From the NCBI GenBank assembly GCA_050294405.1, contig JBNKOC010000011.1, positions 1 to 64,000 of the forward strand: a stretch of DNA of 64,000 nt, given 5' to 3'. The number at the start of each line of letters is the position of its first letter. The first letter of the stretch is position 1. The notes under the pieces are model-generated. The model searched no databases and was not told where the DNA came from. It saw only the letters and a list, made by a program, of their open reading frames with translations. The position numbers and the translations under genes are program-made. The stretch comes from Fibrobacteria bacterium (GTDB taxonomy: Bacteria > Fibrobacterota > Fibrobacteria > UBA11236 > JADFYW01). Of this stretch, positions 27,866 through 37,403 are shown piece by piece.

Positions 27866-30096
27866 TGGAATTTAAAAAATTGAAAAAAAAATATTTTATG
27901 GTTAACATGGGTTTGCCAACCCAGGTCAAGGCTTTTTATCGGCTAAAGCCAATGCTTATGTACTTACTATTGGCCTATTTTGCTTTTATAACCTTGGCAC
28001 CCGGACAGGAGCAGCCACAGCCCTCTTCGAATTCCCAATCCAATAGTGCCGAAATGTCCCCTTCCCAAAGACGGGCTTTTATTAGGGATAGTCTTCGAGC
28101 CGAGCGCTTAAAGCGCCGGGAGGCAGTCAGTAACAGCAGCCAGCCTGCTAACACATCCAAACCAACACCCGTTTCTAATTCGCAATCAAATGTTAGTCCA
28201 TCCAATACATCAGCCTCTTCAGCTTCTTCGGAGGAGTCTAAGACCGAACCATCAACAGCTCCCAAAGCTTTAAAACAAAACCAGGCAAAAAAGCATTCCG
28301 TAACCGCAGAGGAACTGCCTATTCCCGATTCTATAATTGTGGAGGCGCTATCTGTTCGCGATACGGAAATCAGAGATATATTAACAGGCCTGGCTTCCCA
28401 ATACAACGTCAATATTTTAATTGACAGGGATGTACAGGGTAAGATTTCCATAAGCCTTAATAAAATCCCCTTAAAACAAGCCTTGCCCCTTATTGTTACC
28501 GAAAATGGATTTCAATTATCTGTTGTACACGGCACTGTTAAAGTGTCTAATCCTCCGGCTCCCGAACCCGAGCCCGAACCGGAGCCGCCCTTTGAAATAA
28601 ATGAACATAGGGGCCTTCTCACTGTGGATATAAAGGATATTCCTGTAGACAAGGTGGTTCGAAAGTTAGTGGATGTTACGGGAAAAATTATCACCTTGGA
28701 AAGTGATGCTACCGGAACTATTTCAGCATACTATAAGGAATTAGAAACAGATAAGGCGATTTCCCTGATTTTAGAAACAAACGGTTTTAGGCTTCATAAA
28801 AAAGACAGCATATTATCCATATCCCGGGATGCCTGGGTAGCCGCCTCCGATGGCAAATCCACCGGGGGAAAATCCCGCATATATATAAAAGGCAATCTGG
28901 TTTCTATGGAAGTGACGGAAGCTCCCCTGGCTCAGGTTATTAATTCTATAACCACCCAGGCTCACTTAAGCGCCGTTGTATATGGCAGCATAAGCGGGAG
29001 TGTAACTGCAAAGCTGGATAACATTCCCATTGCCGATGCCTTAACCTACTTGTTTAGAGGAACAGACTACACCTTTTGGCTTCACAATAACATTTATTTT
29101 ATTGGCTCAAAAGAAATGAAGGCCATGACCAATTCCAAACTTTTGGTTTTAAAACACATGAAGGCCGATGAAATTATGGATTTAATTCCTGCAGATTTAA
29201 TAAAAGACATGAAAGTCAAAGTTGTTCCCGGACAAAATGCCCTTATGGCTATGGGAACCTATGAAGGAATATCCAACCTGGAAGATTACATTAACAAAAT
29301 TGATTTGCCTGTAGCCCAAATTTTAATTGAGGCCCTTGTGGTGGATTTGGATATGGATAAAATTCGCAACTACGGGGTGAATTTGTTTTTGGGCTCTACC
29401 CGGGGACATGGTCCCGAAGTTATTTATCCCGACTTTAGGATGACTATGGGTAAAGAGGAATCCGAAGAATTGTTATCGGGAATTCCCGGGCTCCGAGATA
29501 TAATATCACTGCCTAAAAGTTTTGTGGCCCGAGTGGAAGCTCTCGAAAAAGAAAAGGTTTTGCGAATAAAATCCAGACCCCAAATAGCAACTTTAAATGG
29601 AAAAACAGCATCTATAACAGTGGGGCAAACCCAATATTTTCTGTTGAAATCAGAAGTGGATTACAATCAGGTGGCCACTACAACCACAAAAACTCAGGAG
29701 CGTTTTGAAAAAATCCAGGCCGATATCACCCTTACTGTAACCCCTTTTGTAACCGGCGAGGGCGAAATTACCGTTGAAATTGTTCCTGATTTTTCTGAAC
29801 CGGAAGGTAGCTTTAGCTCCAATGTTCCTCCCACCATAAACCGGAGAAATTTAAAGTCCACAGTTCGTTTACGGCAGGGAGAAACAATTGTGTTGGGGGG
29901 CCTGGTCAAAGAGGGGTTGATTGCCGATAGAGCACAATTTCCAATTCTGGGCTCTATTCCCATTGTGGGATGGTTGTTTAAAAACAATAACACCACCAAA
30001 AGCAGAACTCAATTAATGATATTTGTGACCCCCCATATATATTATGGTTCAGATGCCAATGTGGATACAGAAACATATTTGGATAGGTACAAATAA
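27865..30096 (+). CDS. gspD: GspD/PilQ-family secretin
   Basis: QILIEALVVD; GETIVLGGL; PILGSIPIVGWLF...QLMIFVTPHI secretin motifs. Confidence 0.92.
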   Translation: MEFKKLKKKYFMVNMGLPTQVKAFYRLKPMLMYLLLAYFAFITLAPGQEQPQPSSNSQSNSAEMSPSQRRAFIRDSLRAERLKRREAVSNSSQPANTSKPTPVSNSQSNVSPSNTSASSASSEESKTEPSTAPKALKQNQAKKHSVTAEELPIPDSIIVEALSVRDTEIRDILTGLASQYNVNILIDRDVQGKISISLNKIPLKQALPLIVTENGFQLSVVHGTVKVSNPPAPEPEPEPEPPFEINEHRGLLTVDIKDIPVDKVVRKLVDVTGKIITLESDATGTISAYYKELETDKAISLILETNGFRLHKKDSILSISRDAWVAASDGKSTGGKSRIYIKGNLVSMEVTEAPLAQVINSITTQAHLSAVVYGSISGSVTAKLDNIPIADALTYLFRGTDYTFWLHNNIYFIGSKEMKAMTNSKLLVLKHMKADEIMDLIPADLIKDMKVKVVPGQNALMAMGTYEGISNLEDYINKIDLPVAQILIEALVVDLDMDKIRNYGVNLFLGSTRGHGPEVIYPDFRMTMGKEESEELLSGIPGLRDIISLPKSFVARVEALEKEKVLRIKSRPQIATLNGKTASITVGQTQYFLLKSEVDYNQVATTTTKTQERFEKIQADITLTVTPFVTGEGEITVEIVPDFSEPEGSFSSNVPPTINRRNLKSTVRLRQGETIVLGGLVKEGLIADRAQFPILGSIPIVGWLFKNNNTTKSRTQLMIFVTPHIYYGSDANVDTETYLDRYK

Positions 30097-30111
30097 TACC
30101 CTGTTTACTTC

Positions 30112-31530
30112 ATGAAGACGCCCCCAATTAAATCCTTATTTAAAAAAGAAAAATTGTGGGCTGCTGAATTTTTAGAAGATAGTATCCGGCTTTTGCAACT
30201 CACTTCTGAAGATGGCAAATTAGCTGTTACCGCAAAGTTTAATGGAAACTATGAGGAAGCCGAAGTATTTGCACTAAAAAACCATTTAAAATGGGATGGA
30301 GTATACGGAGCTATTTCTCATTTGCCTTACAAAATAAATCAGCTGGTAAATGCAGGAGCAGATGATTCGGAGTTTCAGGAGGAAAGAGAAAGGCTTCGTC
30401 CCAAGGGTTTGCCAGAATCAGATTTCGCAGAAGCTTTTGTGGGCAAAGACAATTCTCTATCTCTGGTCCAGTATTTAGACGAAAATTTGGAGCAGTTTAA
30501 AACAAGCCTACCGCCCAATTTGTCCACTTTAAACAGCTTTGCTTTAAGTCCGTTGGTAGCTCATCAATATTTGGAAGCCCAAAATGCCATTGCTTTAAAT
30601 TCAATAACATGTATTTTTGAGGAAAGCCATACCCATTGTTTAATATATGGGAAAGCCGGCTTGATTGAATGTGTGGATATACCCTTTGGCAGAGACTTAT
30701 TAAAAGATTCTCCAGAACTTTTTGGCCTGGAATTAAAAAAACTCGAATGGTATAGTATCACTTCCGAAAAATCAGCAACGGTTCCCGGATTTAGATTCTT
30801 TAGCAATTCTATTCCAGAAGTAGAAGAAAAATGTTTAGAAAACACAAATATAAAATGGGATAAAATTGTTCCGGCTATAGAAATTGAGTCTGGTTTTTTG
30901 GTCCCGGCACTTCTTTGCTGGCTGCAAATGAATGCAAAAAATTTGGAGGAACCCACATCTAGCTATGTTATAGGATCCCATAACAGCCATATTAGTGAAA
31001 ACCAAGGCCTTTGGAAAAGGCGGACTTTTTCCAGCCTTAAATATTTTACTCTTGCCATTGGAATAGTTGGTTTAAGCTACCTTGTATTGCTTTTTGCATC
31101 GTTTGCCCTTAACAAATTAACGGAAAAAGACAGGGCTAAATTGTTGGAAAACATACAGCATATGGAAAAAATAAGGCAAACCAAAGAAACCATTAAACTT
31201 AACATGGAAAAATTATCTGCTGTTCTGGCGGAAAAAAGCCGGGTGTCAGAAGACATACAAAAAATTGCTTTGGGACTTCCCGATAAAACCTGGCTTAAAG
31301 CCATAGAAACTAACCATGTCAGGGAAAAAGGCCACATATATTTTGTTTCGGGATATTGTTTTCAGGAAAGAAAAGTCTCAGAAATTTTGGGGGGATTGGA
31401 AAGGCAAAATTTTAGCGATGTTAAGTTAAAATATACGGAAAGAATTGCAGGGGAAAAAATTAAAGACTTAACGGGTTTAACAGCAAATAAACAGGACTTA
31501 ATCGAATTTGCCATTTTAATAAGGCCTTAA
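30112..31530 (+). CDS. GspL/PilM-PilN-like inner-membrane platform protein
   Basis: Large N-terminal domain, single TM helix, coiled coil and a LPDKTWL..I PilN-like C-terminus; operon context. Confidence 0.65.
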   Translation: MKTPPIKSLFKKEKLWAAEFLEDSIRLLQLTSEDGKLAVTAKFNGNYEEAEVFALKNHLKWDGVYGAISHLPYKINQLVNAGADDSEFQEERERLRPKGLPESDFAEAFVGKDNSLSLVQYLDENLEQFKTSLPPNLSTLNSFALSPLVAHQYLEAQNAIALNSITCIFEESHTHCLIYGKAGLIECVDIPFGRDLLKDSPELFGLELKKLEWYSITSEKSATVPGFRFFSNSIPEVEEKCLENTNIKWDKIVPAIEIESGFLVPALLCWLQMNAKNLEEPTSSYVIGSHNSHISENQGLWKRRTFSSLKYFTLAIGIVGLSYLVLLFASFALNKLTEKDRAKLLENIQHMEKIRQTKETIKLNMEKLSAVLAEKSRVSEDIQKIALGLPDKTWLKAIETNHVREKGHIYFVSGYCFQERKVSEILGGLERQNFSDVKLKYTERIAGEKIKDLTGLTANKQDLIEFAILIRP

Positions 31531-31534
31531 CATT

Positions 31535-32077
31535 ATGAGTCAATTAAACAGCATATTAAAGCCCTACAAATACCAATTGCTTTTTGCATTGGTTATGGTA
31601 TTTGGTCTTTTTATATGTTATGGGATGTTAAAGTTAGGGTACCAACAACTGCAAATAGCAAGTAATGACTTCGCAAAATTCCAAATGCTAAAAAAAGGAC
31701 AAGGTAACTTTTCCCTTACGGATAGTTTAAAATTATTGGAAATCGCTTCAAAAAAAAGCGATAAACTAATGCAAACAATCCCAAAGGATGGTAGAGCGTC
31801 TTTTTTATTATCCCGTTTGGTGGATGGGGCCCAAAAAAACAACCTACGGTTAAGTGACATACAAACAATGGAAGAAATTTCCCATGGGCATTATGTGGAA
31901 ATACCTTTAAGCCTTTCTACCAACGGGGATTTCATCGATTTAGAAAAATATTTTATGTATCTTGAAAACATGGATTTGAGTATAAAATTAAGAAATTTAA
32001 AAATTGAATCTGTGCAAATAAACAAGCCAACAGTCCAAGCTAATGTGGAGTTATCAGCCTTTGTCTTTGACCAATAA
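31535..32077 (+). CDS. PilO/GspM-like protein
   Basis: N-terminal TM helix; YVEIPLSL...GDFIDLEKYF..LE PilO-like motif. Confidence 0.75.
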   Translation: MSQLNSILKPYKYQLLFALVMVFGLFICYGMLKLGYQQLQIASNDFAKFQMLKKGQGNFSLTDSLKLLEIASKKSDKLMQTIPKDGRASFLLSRLVDGAQKNNLRLSDIQTMEEISHGHYVEIPLSLSTNGDFIDLEKYFMYLENMDLSIKLRNLKIESVQINKPTVQANVELSAFVFDQ

Positions 32078-32537
32078 TAAATTAAAAAGCAGCCTGGCAG
32101 TTTTAACCCTGTTTGTTTGGATAGTGGTTTTTGTGCAGTTGTGGAAAGCCAACCAAACCTTAAATAATGAAAATGGCAATCTTCCTATGGCTAAGTCCCA
32201 GGCGGGTTTCGATTTGCAGTTATTAAAATCCAAGCCCATTTCTTTAGATACAAATATGAGGGATCCCTTTGAGTCCTATTTATATGCTGCAGCTCCTAAG
32301 CCCGTCATAAAAGAAAATAAGTCTAAGCCCAAAGTGTTGAAAAAAATTGTAACTCCGCCCACCGCAACTCTTGCCGGATTTATGGGAGGAAGCAATCCCA
32401 TCGCCATTTTAAAACAGGGAAACGAAACTCAATTGCTAAAAGTTGGCGAAGAAGCCTGGGGTCTTAAAGTAAAAAAAATAAGCAAGTCTCTGGTCCTGGT
32501 GGAAAAAGAGGGAAAAGAGTTTGAAATTCGCCCATAA
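32043..32537 (+). CDS. GspC/PilP-like protein
   Basis: TM helix, RDPF motif, C-terminal AIL...LKVGE beta domain; operon context. Confidence 0.6.
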   Translation: MWSYQPLSLTNNKLKSSLAVLTLFVWIVVFVQLWKANQTLNNENGNLPMAKSQAGFDLQLLKSKPISLDTNMRDPFESYLYAAAPKPVIKENKSKPKVLKKIVTPPTATLAGFMGGSNPIAILKQGNETQLLKVGEEAWGLKVKKISKSLVLVEKEGKEFEIRP

Positions 32538-33984
32538 TAGTCCCGGAAAAAGTAGGGGGGCTGCATTACCATATGTGCTGGGGCTTATAATTTTATTAGG
32601 GATTTCCCTAAATATTTTATTTCGTGAAAATAACACACAATTGCAATTGACCTACAAGAGAAAGTCCCAGTTGCAATCCAATTTGTTAGCCGAATCCGGT
32701 TTAAATTTTGCTCTTTCAAAATACAACTCCTTTAGTTCAAAGGATTCAACTCTAAATTTTGAAACCAGCAAGTTACAATATTGGATAGAGCCGCAAAAAC
32801 AGGGATTTGAAATTTTTTCGGAACTAAAGGGCATGTTTGGGTATGTTGAATCCAAAAGCATATTATCCAATAATAAGTCAAGTGATGAAATAACATTAAC
32901 AGCATGGGTGGGCCAGGAAGTAAATTGGGAAAAATTTCCGGCTATTTGCTTAACCAACAAACAGGGTAATTTGGTTTTAGCGGGAAACGCCTCTATTGAA
33001 GGCGATGTTTTGCTTTGGCAGGGCAATGTAAGAAAAGCGACATCAAGAAAAGTCCGTTTTAGCGGTGCTACAGGACACAGGGGAAATACCTTGGACAGTA
33101 ATTCTGTTTTATGGAACCATATTTCTGTCTATTTAAACAATATTAACTCCTGGATAAATAACATTGATTTAAATCAAATTCAAAATAAATATTCTTCAGA
33201 TAATAAAAACATTAATTCTGATATCTCCAATACTTCGGATAAATTTCATTTGCAACAGTCTAACTCAGAATCGGTTGATGAGGAGAAAACAAACTTTTCA
33301 GAAAAAGAGAAAACCATTGTGTATGAACACCAACTGATAATAAAGTCTGGAAAGTTGTCTTTTTCATCCAGAGCGAACTACATAAACTCTGAATTTTATG
33401 CAGATACAGTTTTCATTGAAGATGGCGCTAAATTGAAAAATTGTCTGGTTTTTGCAAAAACCCAAATTAACCTAAGTGGAAATGTAAATTTGTCCGGGCA
33501 ATATATAGCCCGGGACTCTATTAAAATAAAAGGGAATTTAAGCCAAACCAGTTTTCCTGTTTTTTATGTGAAAGGCAGGATAGAAGTTAAAGACAAGGAT
33601 ACCAGCTATGTTGGTGGCCTTATGGTGGAAGAATGTTCCGGGAACGGAATTTTTATTTTTGCCGGGGAAAATCGCAGAACTGTGGATAGTAAGGAACATA
33701 TTGTTATAGACCACAATTCAAAAATAAAGGGCATTGTTTATGCTATGGGGAATGTGAATTTTCAAGGTGCTTTGTCGGGGAGTCTTGTGGCCGAAAATTT
33801 AAGATTTCAAAAAGAGGGAACAACATACTTGGGTCATTTATATAATGGGAAAATTAGCTTTTGGAAAAGTGAGGAAATTGAAAATAAAAATGCGGCATTA
33901 ATTGCCCCCTTATTATTTTCTCCCAAATTAAAAGCTGTTTATTTTAATAAAAGTCGCAAAGAGAAAAAGGAGCTTTCGGGGTGA
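32521..33984 (+). CDS. GspK/PilX-like minor pseudopilin
   Basis: RG|AALPYVLGLIILLG type III signal lacking Glu5, followed by a beta-helix-like body. Confidence 0.65.
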   Translation: MKFAHNSPGKSRGAALPYVLGLIILLGISLNILFRENNTQLQLTYKRKSQLQSNLLAESGLNFALSKYNSFSSKDSTLNFETSKLQYWIEPQKQGFEIFSELKGMFGYVESKSILSNNKSSDEITLTAWVGQEVNWEKFPAICLTNKQGNLVLAGNASIEGDVLLWQGNVRKATSRKVRFSGATGHRGNTLDSNSVLWNHISVYLNNINSWINNIDLNQIQNKYSSDNKNINSDISNTSDKFHLQQSNSESVDEEKTNFSEKEKTIVYEHQLIIKSGKLSFSSRANYINSEFYADTVFIEDGAKLKNCLVFAKTQINLSGNVNLSGQYIARDSIKIKGNLSQTSFPVFYVKGRIEVKDKDTSYVGGLMVEECSGNGIFIFAGENRRTVDSKEHIVIDHNSKIKGIVYAMGNVNFQGALSGSLVAENLRFQKEGTTYLGHLYNGKISFWKSEEIENKNAALIAPLLFSPKLKAVYFNKSRKEKKELSG

Positions 33985-34334
33985 AGCGACAAAAAGGTTT
34001 TACCCTAATAGAAGTTCTGGTAGCTTTGGCTATTGCCACAGCCATTTTATCCCCCATGACATTATGGTTTTACAACACAGGGGTAAATAGGCTGGCATGG
34101 CAGCAGCATCAGGGAATTCAATTGTGCCGCCTTTTCTTAAACCGGGCGTATTTAGAAGGTTGGGAACACTCAAAAGAAGTTTTAGACCCAATTTTAGGCG
34201 ATTATCAGCTTAGAATAGAAGTCAAAAAAATCTCAAATGAAATTCAATATTATTCCCAGTTAAAAACAAAATCGGGTAAAGAAATTTGCCAATTAAATAT
34301 TAGCCGCTTTATGCCTGATTTGAATGAAAAATAA
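33981..34334 (+). CDS. Prepilin-type minor pseudopilin (GspI/PilV-like)
   Basis: KG|FTLIEVLVALAI N-methylation motif. Confidence 0.85.
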   Translation: MKRQKGFTLIEVLVALAIATAILSPMTLWFYNTGVNRLAWQQHQGIQLCRLFLNRAYLEGWEHSKEVLDPILGDYQLRIEVKKISNEIQYYSQLKTKSGKEICQLNISRFMPDLNEK

Positions 34335-34803
34335 CTCAAATTTGATGTTTATGAACTTCGAAATAAAGATAAAGAAAAATAACAAGGGGTATACGTTAAT
34401 CGAATTAATGATAGCTCTCGGGTTAATTGGAATTGTTTTGGCATTAAGCAGTAGCTATTTCTTAAGCGCAAATTCGCAATTTTTGAATAGAATGAAAGGT
34501 AGCGATAATTATAAGCAACAAGTTCTACTGCAAATTGAAATGGATAAGGCGCTTCGAAGGGAAATTCAAGATTGTAACTTTGGTAATCTTAAATTTACCG
34601 ATGATTCCCCAAATTTTTTGTCTAATTTAAAGGGAAAATATCCCCAAATTAAAGAACTTAAATTTTATTGCTACGAGTTGAATTTAGACAAAGAAAAGCT
34701 CCAGACCTGGAAACTCTTGCCTCAGCCGGAATTGGTAGAGTACAATGTTAGCTGGAATTATAATGGAAAAGATATACAATTAGTAGGATCTGTTTTAAAA
34801 TAA
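34324..34803 (+). CDS. Prepilin-type minor pseudopilin (GspJ/PilW-like)
   Basis: KG|YTLIELMIALGLIG motif. Confidence 0.82.
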   Translation: MKNNSNLMFMNFEIKIKKNNKGYTLIELMIALGLIGIVLALSSSYFLSANSQFLNRMKGSDNYKQQVLLQIEMDKALRREIQDCNFGNLKFTDDSPNFLSNLKGKYPQIKELKFYCYELNLDKEKLQTWKLLPQPELVEYNVSWNYNGKDIQLVGSVLK

Positions 34804-34813
34804 AAAAAGTCGA

Positions 34814-35776
34814 CTAACTTTTTTTAATTGCGTTTTCTATAGAGAAAAAATCCTCAAATATTAAGGCAGATATTTGGTTTAGATCGCTTTGTAAATTATC
34901 TAAAAATTCGTGCATTCCCTGGCTAAAAACATCATTGATGTCGGAATACTCTAATTTAGATTTGAGCATTCCCAATTGTTTTTCTGATTTTAAAAGGAAG
35001 CCTGTTTGGGTATTAGTGATTTTGTTTAAGTATTCTTCCGCATGTTGCAGGCAGCGTCCAATAGCTCGTGGAAAATCGTAATCGAAAATTAAAAATTCAG
35101 CAATATTGCTCGCACTTAATTTTCCGTATTTTTTCCTATACATATCATAGGCGCTTACAGATTTTAAAAGCGCCGCCCATTGGATTAAATCTAACGGGGA
35201 GCCGACATCGCTTTGATCCGGCAATAGGATATGATACTTTACATCTAAAACTCGAGATGTTTTATCCGCGCGTTCTAAAAGCTTTCCCACATTTCCAAAG
35301 TGCCAGCTATCGCTTCTGGAAAGGGTATCGTTAAAAATGCCATAAAGAAGTTGGCAGCCAACTTTTATATCAATAAAAAAGCTTCTGGGATCTTTCTTTT
35401 TCCAGTATTTTCCCTCTACGCCTTTTTTTACCAGATAATAAAGGGCGTTAATTTGCTCCCAAACTTCCCTGGTAATTTCCGGGCGAATGGCTCGGGCGTT
35501 TTCCCGGGCATTGACCAAACAATTATATATGGAATTGGGGTTTTTACTGTCAAAGCCCATAAAAAAGATGGCCCTGGATTTTTCTACTTTACCGTAAAGT
35601 TTTTGATAGAGTCCAAAATCACCTGTGGTTACTATCAAGGGTTTCCACTGTTCAGGAAGATCCGGGGGCATTTCAAGTAAAAGGTTAAAATTAACATCCA
35701 TAAATCGGGCATAGTTTTCGGCCCGTTCTATGTATCGGTACATCCAATAGGTGGCATCGGCTACTCTGCTTAGCAT
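34814..35776 (-). CDS. Alpha-E domain protein (DUF403)
   Basis: MLSRVAD..YWM.RYIERAEN and LERADKTSRVLDVKY ER motifs. Confidence 0.92.
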   Translation of the reverse strand: MLSRVADATYWMYRYIERAENYARFMDVNFNLLLEMPPDLPEQWKPLIVTTGDFGLYQKLYGKVEKSRAIFFMGFDSKNPNSIYNCLVNARENARAIRPEITREVWEQINALYYLVKKGVEGKYWKKKDPRSFFIDIKVGCQLLYGIFNDTLSRSDSWHFGNVGKLLERADKTSRVLDVKYHILLPDQSDVGSPLDLIQWAALLKSVSAYDMYRKKYGKLSASNIAEFLIFDYDFPRAIGRCLQHAEEYLNKITNTQTGFLLKSEKQLGMLKSKLEYSDINDVFSQGMHEFLDNLQSDLNQISALIFEDFFSIENAIKKS

Positions 35777-37221
35777 CAGAGGGGCCCTCCCAAAACCCAG
35801 GTGTCTTTACTGCCTCCACCTTGGGATGAATTGACCACTAAAGAGCCTTTTTTAAGGGCTACGCGCGTTAAGGCTCCGGGAATGATTTTAATTTCATTGC
35901 CATATAAAATATAAGGCCGCAAATCCACATGCCGCCCTTCTATTCCTTCTCCAATAAGGGTCGGAACGCGAGATAGGTTGATAACGGGTTGGGCGATATA
36001 TTTTCTGGGAGAAGCCTTTACTTTTTTTGCAAAATCAGCACATTCCTTGGCTGTTGATTTGGGGCCAATTAGCATTCCGTAGCCGCCAGAACCATCTGTT
36101 TCTTTCACCACTAATTTACGGATGTTTTCCAAAACGAATTTTAAATCTTCTTTTTCTGCGCAAATGTATGTCTTTACGTTTTGGAGCAGCATTTCTTCAC
36201 CCAGGTAATATTTAATAATACGGGGCAAGTAAGCGTAAACGGCTTTGTCATCGGCGACTCCGGTTCCAGGAGCGTTTACCAAAGTTACATTGCCTTTAAG
36301 ATAGGCTTCAAAAATTCCAGGAGTTCCCAATAAAGAATCTTTCCGGAAAACTAAGGGGTCCAAAAATATATCGTCTACCCGGCGATAAATAACATCTACA
36401 CGAGACAAGCCACTTGTGGTTACCATATAAACAATATCGTCTTTAACCACCAGGTCACGACCTTCCACAAGTTCAGCTCCCATTTGCTGGGCCAAATAGG
36501 AATGTTCGTAATATGCTGAATTATATATGCCCGGAGTAAGAACGGCCAGCTTGGGTTTGTCGCGTTTGGAGAGTGACTCCATCATATCTCTAAGATGATG
36601 GGAATAATCGTAAACGGGGCGCACATTTAGTTTCTCAAAGATTTCGGGAAAAGTCCTTTTTAAAATCTCTCGATTTTCAAGCATATAGGATACACCGGAT
36701 GGACAACGCAAGTTGTCTTCTAACACATAAAACTCACCGTCGGCACCGCGGATTAAATCGGTACCTGTTATATGGCTCCAAATGTTCTTGGGAGGATTTA
36801 AACCAATACATTGTTTTAAGAAATTGGGACTCGAAAGAATCAAATCTTTTGGGATGATTTTATCTTTTAATATTTTTTGCTCGTTATATACATCGTGGAT
36901 AAATAAATTTAAGGCATTAATCCTTTGAGAAAGCCCTTTCTCTATAAAATTCCAATCTGTGGCAGGGATGATTCGAGGAATAATGTCAAGTGGTAAAATC
37001 CGCTCAATACCCTGGTTATCACTGTAAACATTAAAGGTCATTCCAAGGGATAGTTGCGCCCTGTCTGTGGCGTGTTGGAGAGAGTGCAATTTTTTCCAAC
37101 TTAATTTTTCGAGCCTGGCTTTAAATGCGGAATAATAATTGCGGCAATTTCCGGCTTCATCCATCATTTCATCATAAAAGCCCTTAGTGCTGTAATTGTT
37201 GAATTTTACCTTTTCCAACAT
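35776..37221 (-). CDS. Circularly permuted type 2 ATP-grasp protein
   Basis: VLEDNLRCPSGVSYMLENR, VIYRRVDD..LDP, GSGGYG, VVNSSQGGGSKDTWV. Confidence 0.93.
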   Translation of the reverse strand: MLEKVKFNNYSTKGFYDEMMDEAGNCRNYYSAFKARLEKLSWKKLHSLQHATDRAQLSLGMTFNVYSDNQGIERILPLDIIPRIIPATDWNFIEKGLSQRINALNLFIHDVYNEQKILKDKIIPKDLILSSPNFLKQCIGLNPPKNIWSHITGTDLIRGADGEFYVLEDNLRCPSGVSYMLENREILKRTFPEIFEKLNVRPVYDYSHHLRDMMESLSKRDKPKLAVLTPGIYNSAYYEHSYLAQQMGAELVEGRDLVVKDDIVYMVTTSGLSRVDVIYRRVDDIFLDPLVFRKDSLLGTPGIFEAYLKGNVTLVNAPGTGVADDKAVYAYLPRIIKYYLGEEMLLQNVKTYICAEKEDLKFVLENIRKLVVKETDGSGGYGMLIGPKSTAKECADFAKKVKASPRKYIAQPVINLSRVPTLIGEGIEGRHVDLRPYILYGNEIKIIPGALTRVALKKGSLVVNSSQGGGSKDTWVLGGPL

Positions 37222-37403
37222 ATTTAAAAATTAAAAAAACAATGGAGAGTGGGCCAAAAAAAAATAAAATTCAGGGAAATTATGGTTGGCGAAAACCCTT
37301 ATTAGTTGAATTATGGTTATTAAGATAATATACTTCAATTACATTCCAGGTTTGTCTTATTGAATGATAGGTTTCAATCACAATTGAAATTAGGAGTATA
37401 ACT

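Noticed and set aside
28552..28590. CCCGAA/CCGGAG tandem repeats in gspD
   Set aside because: They encode a PEPEPEP linker with synonymous variation, not a contingency repeat.
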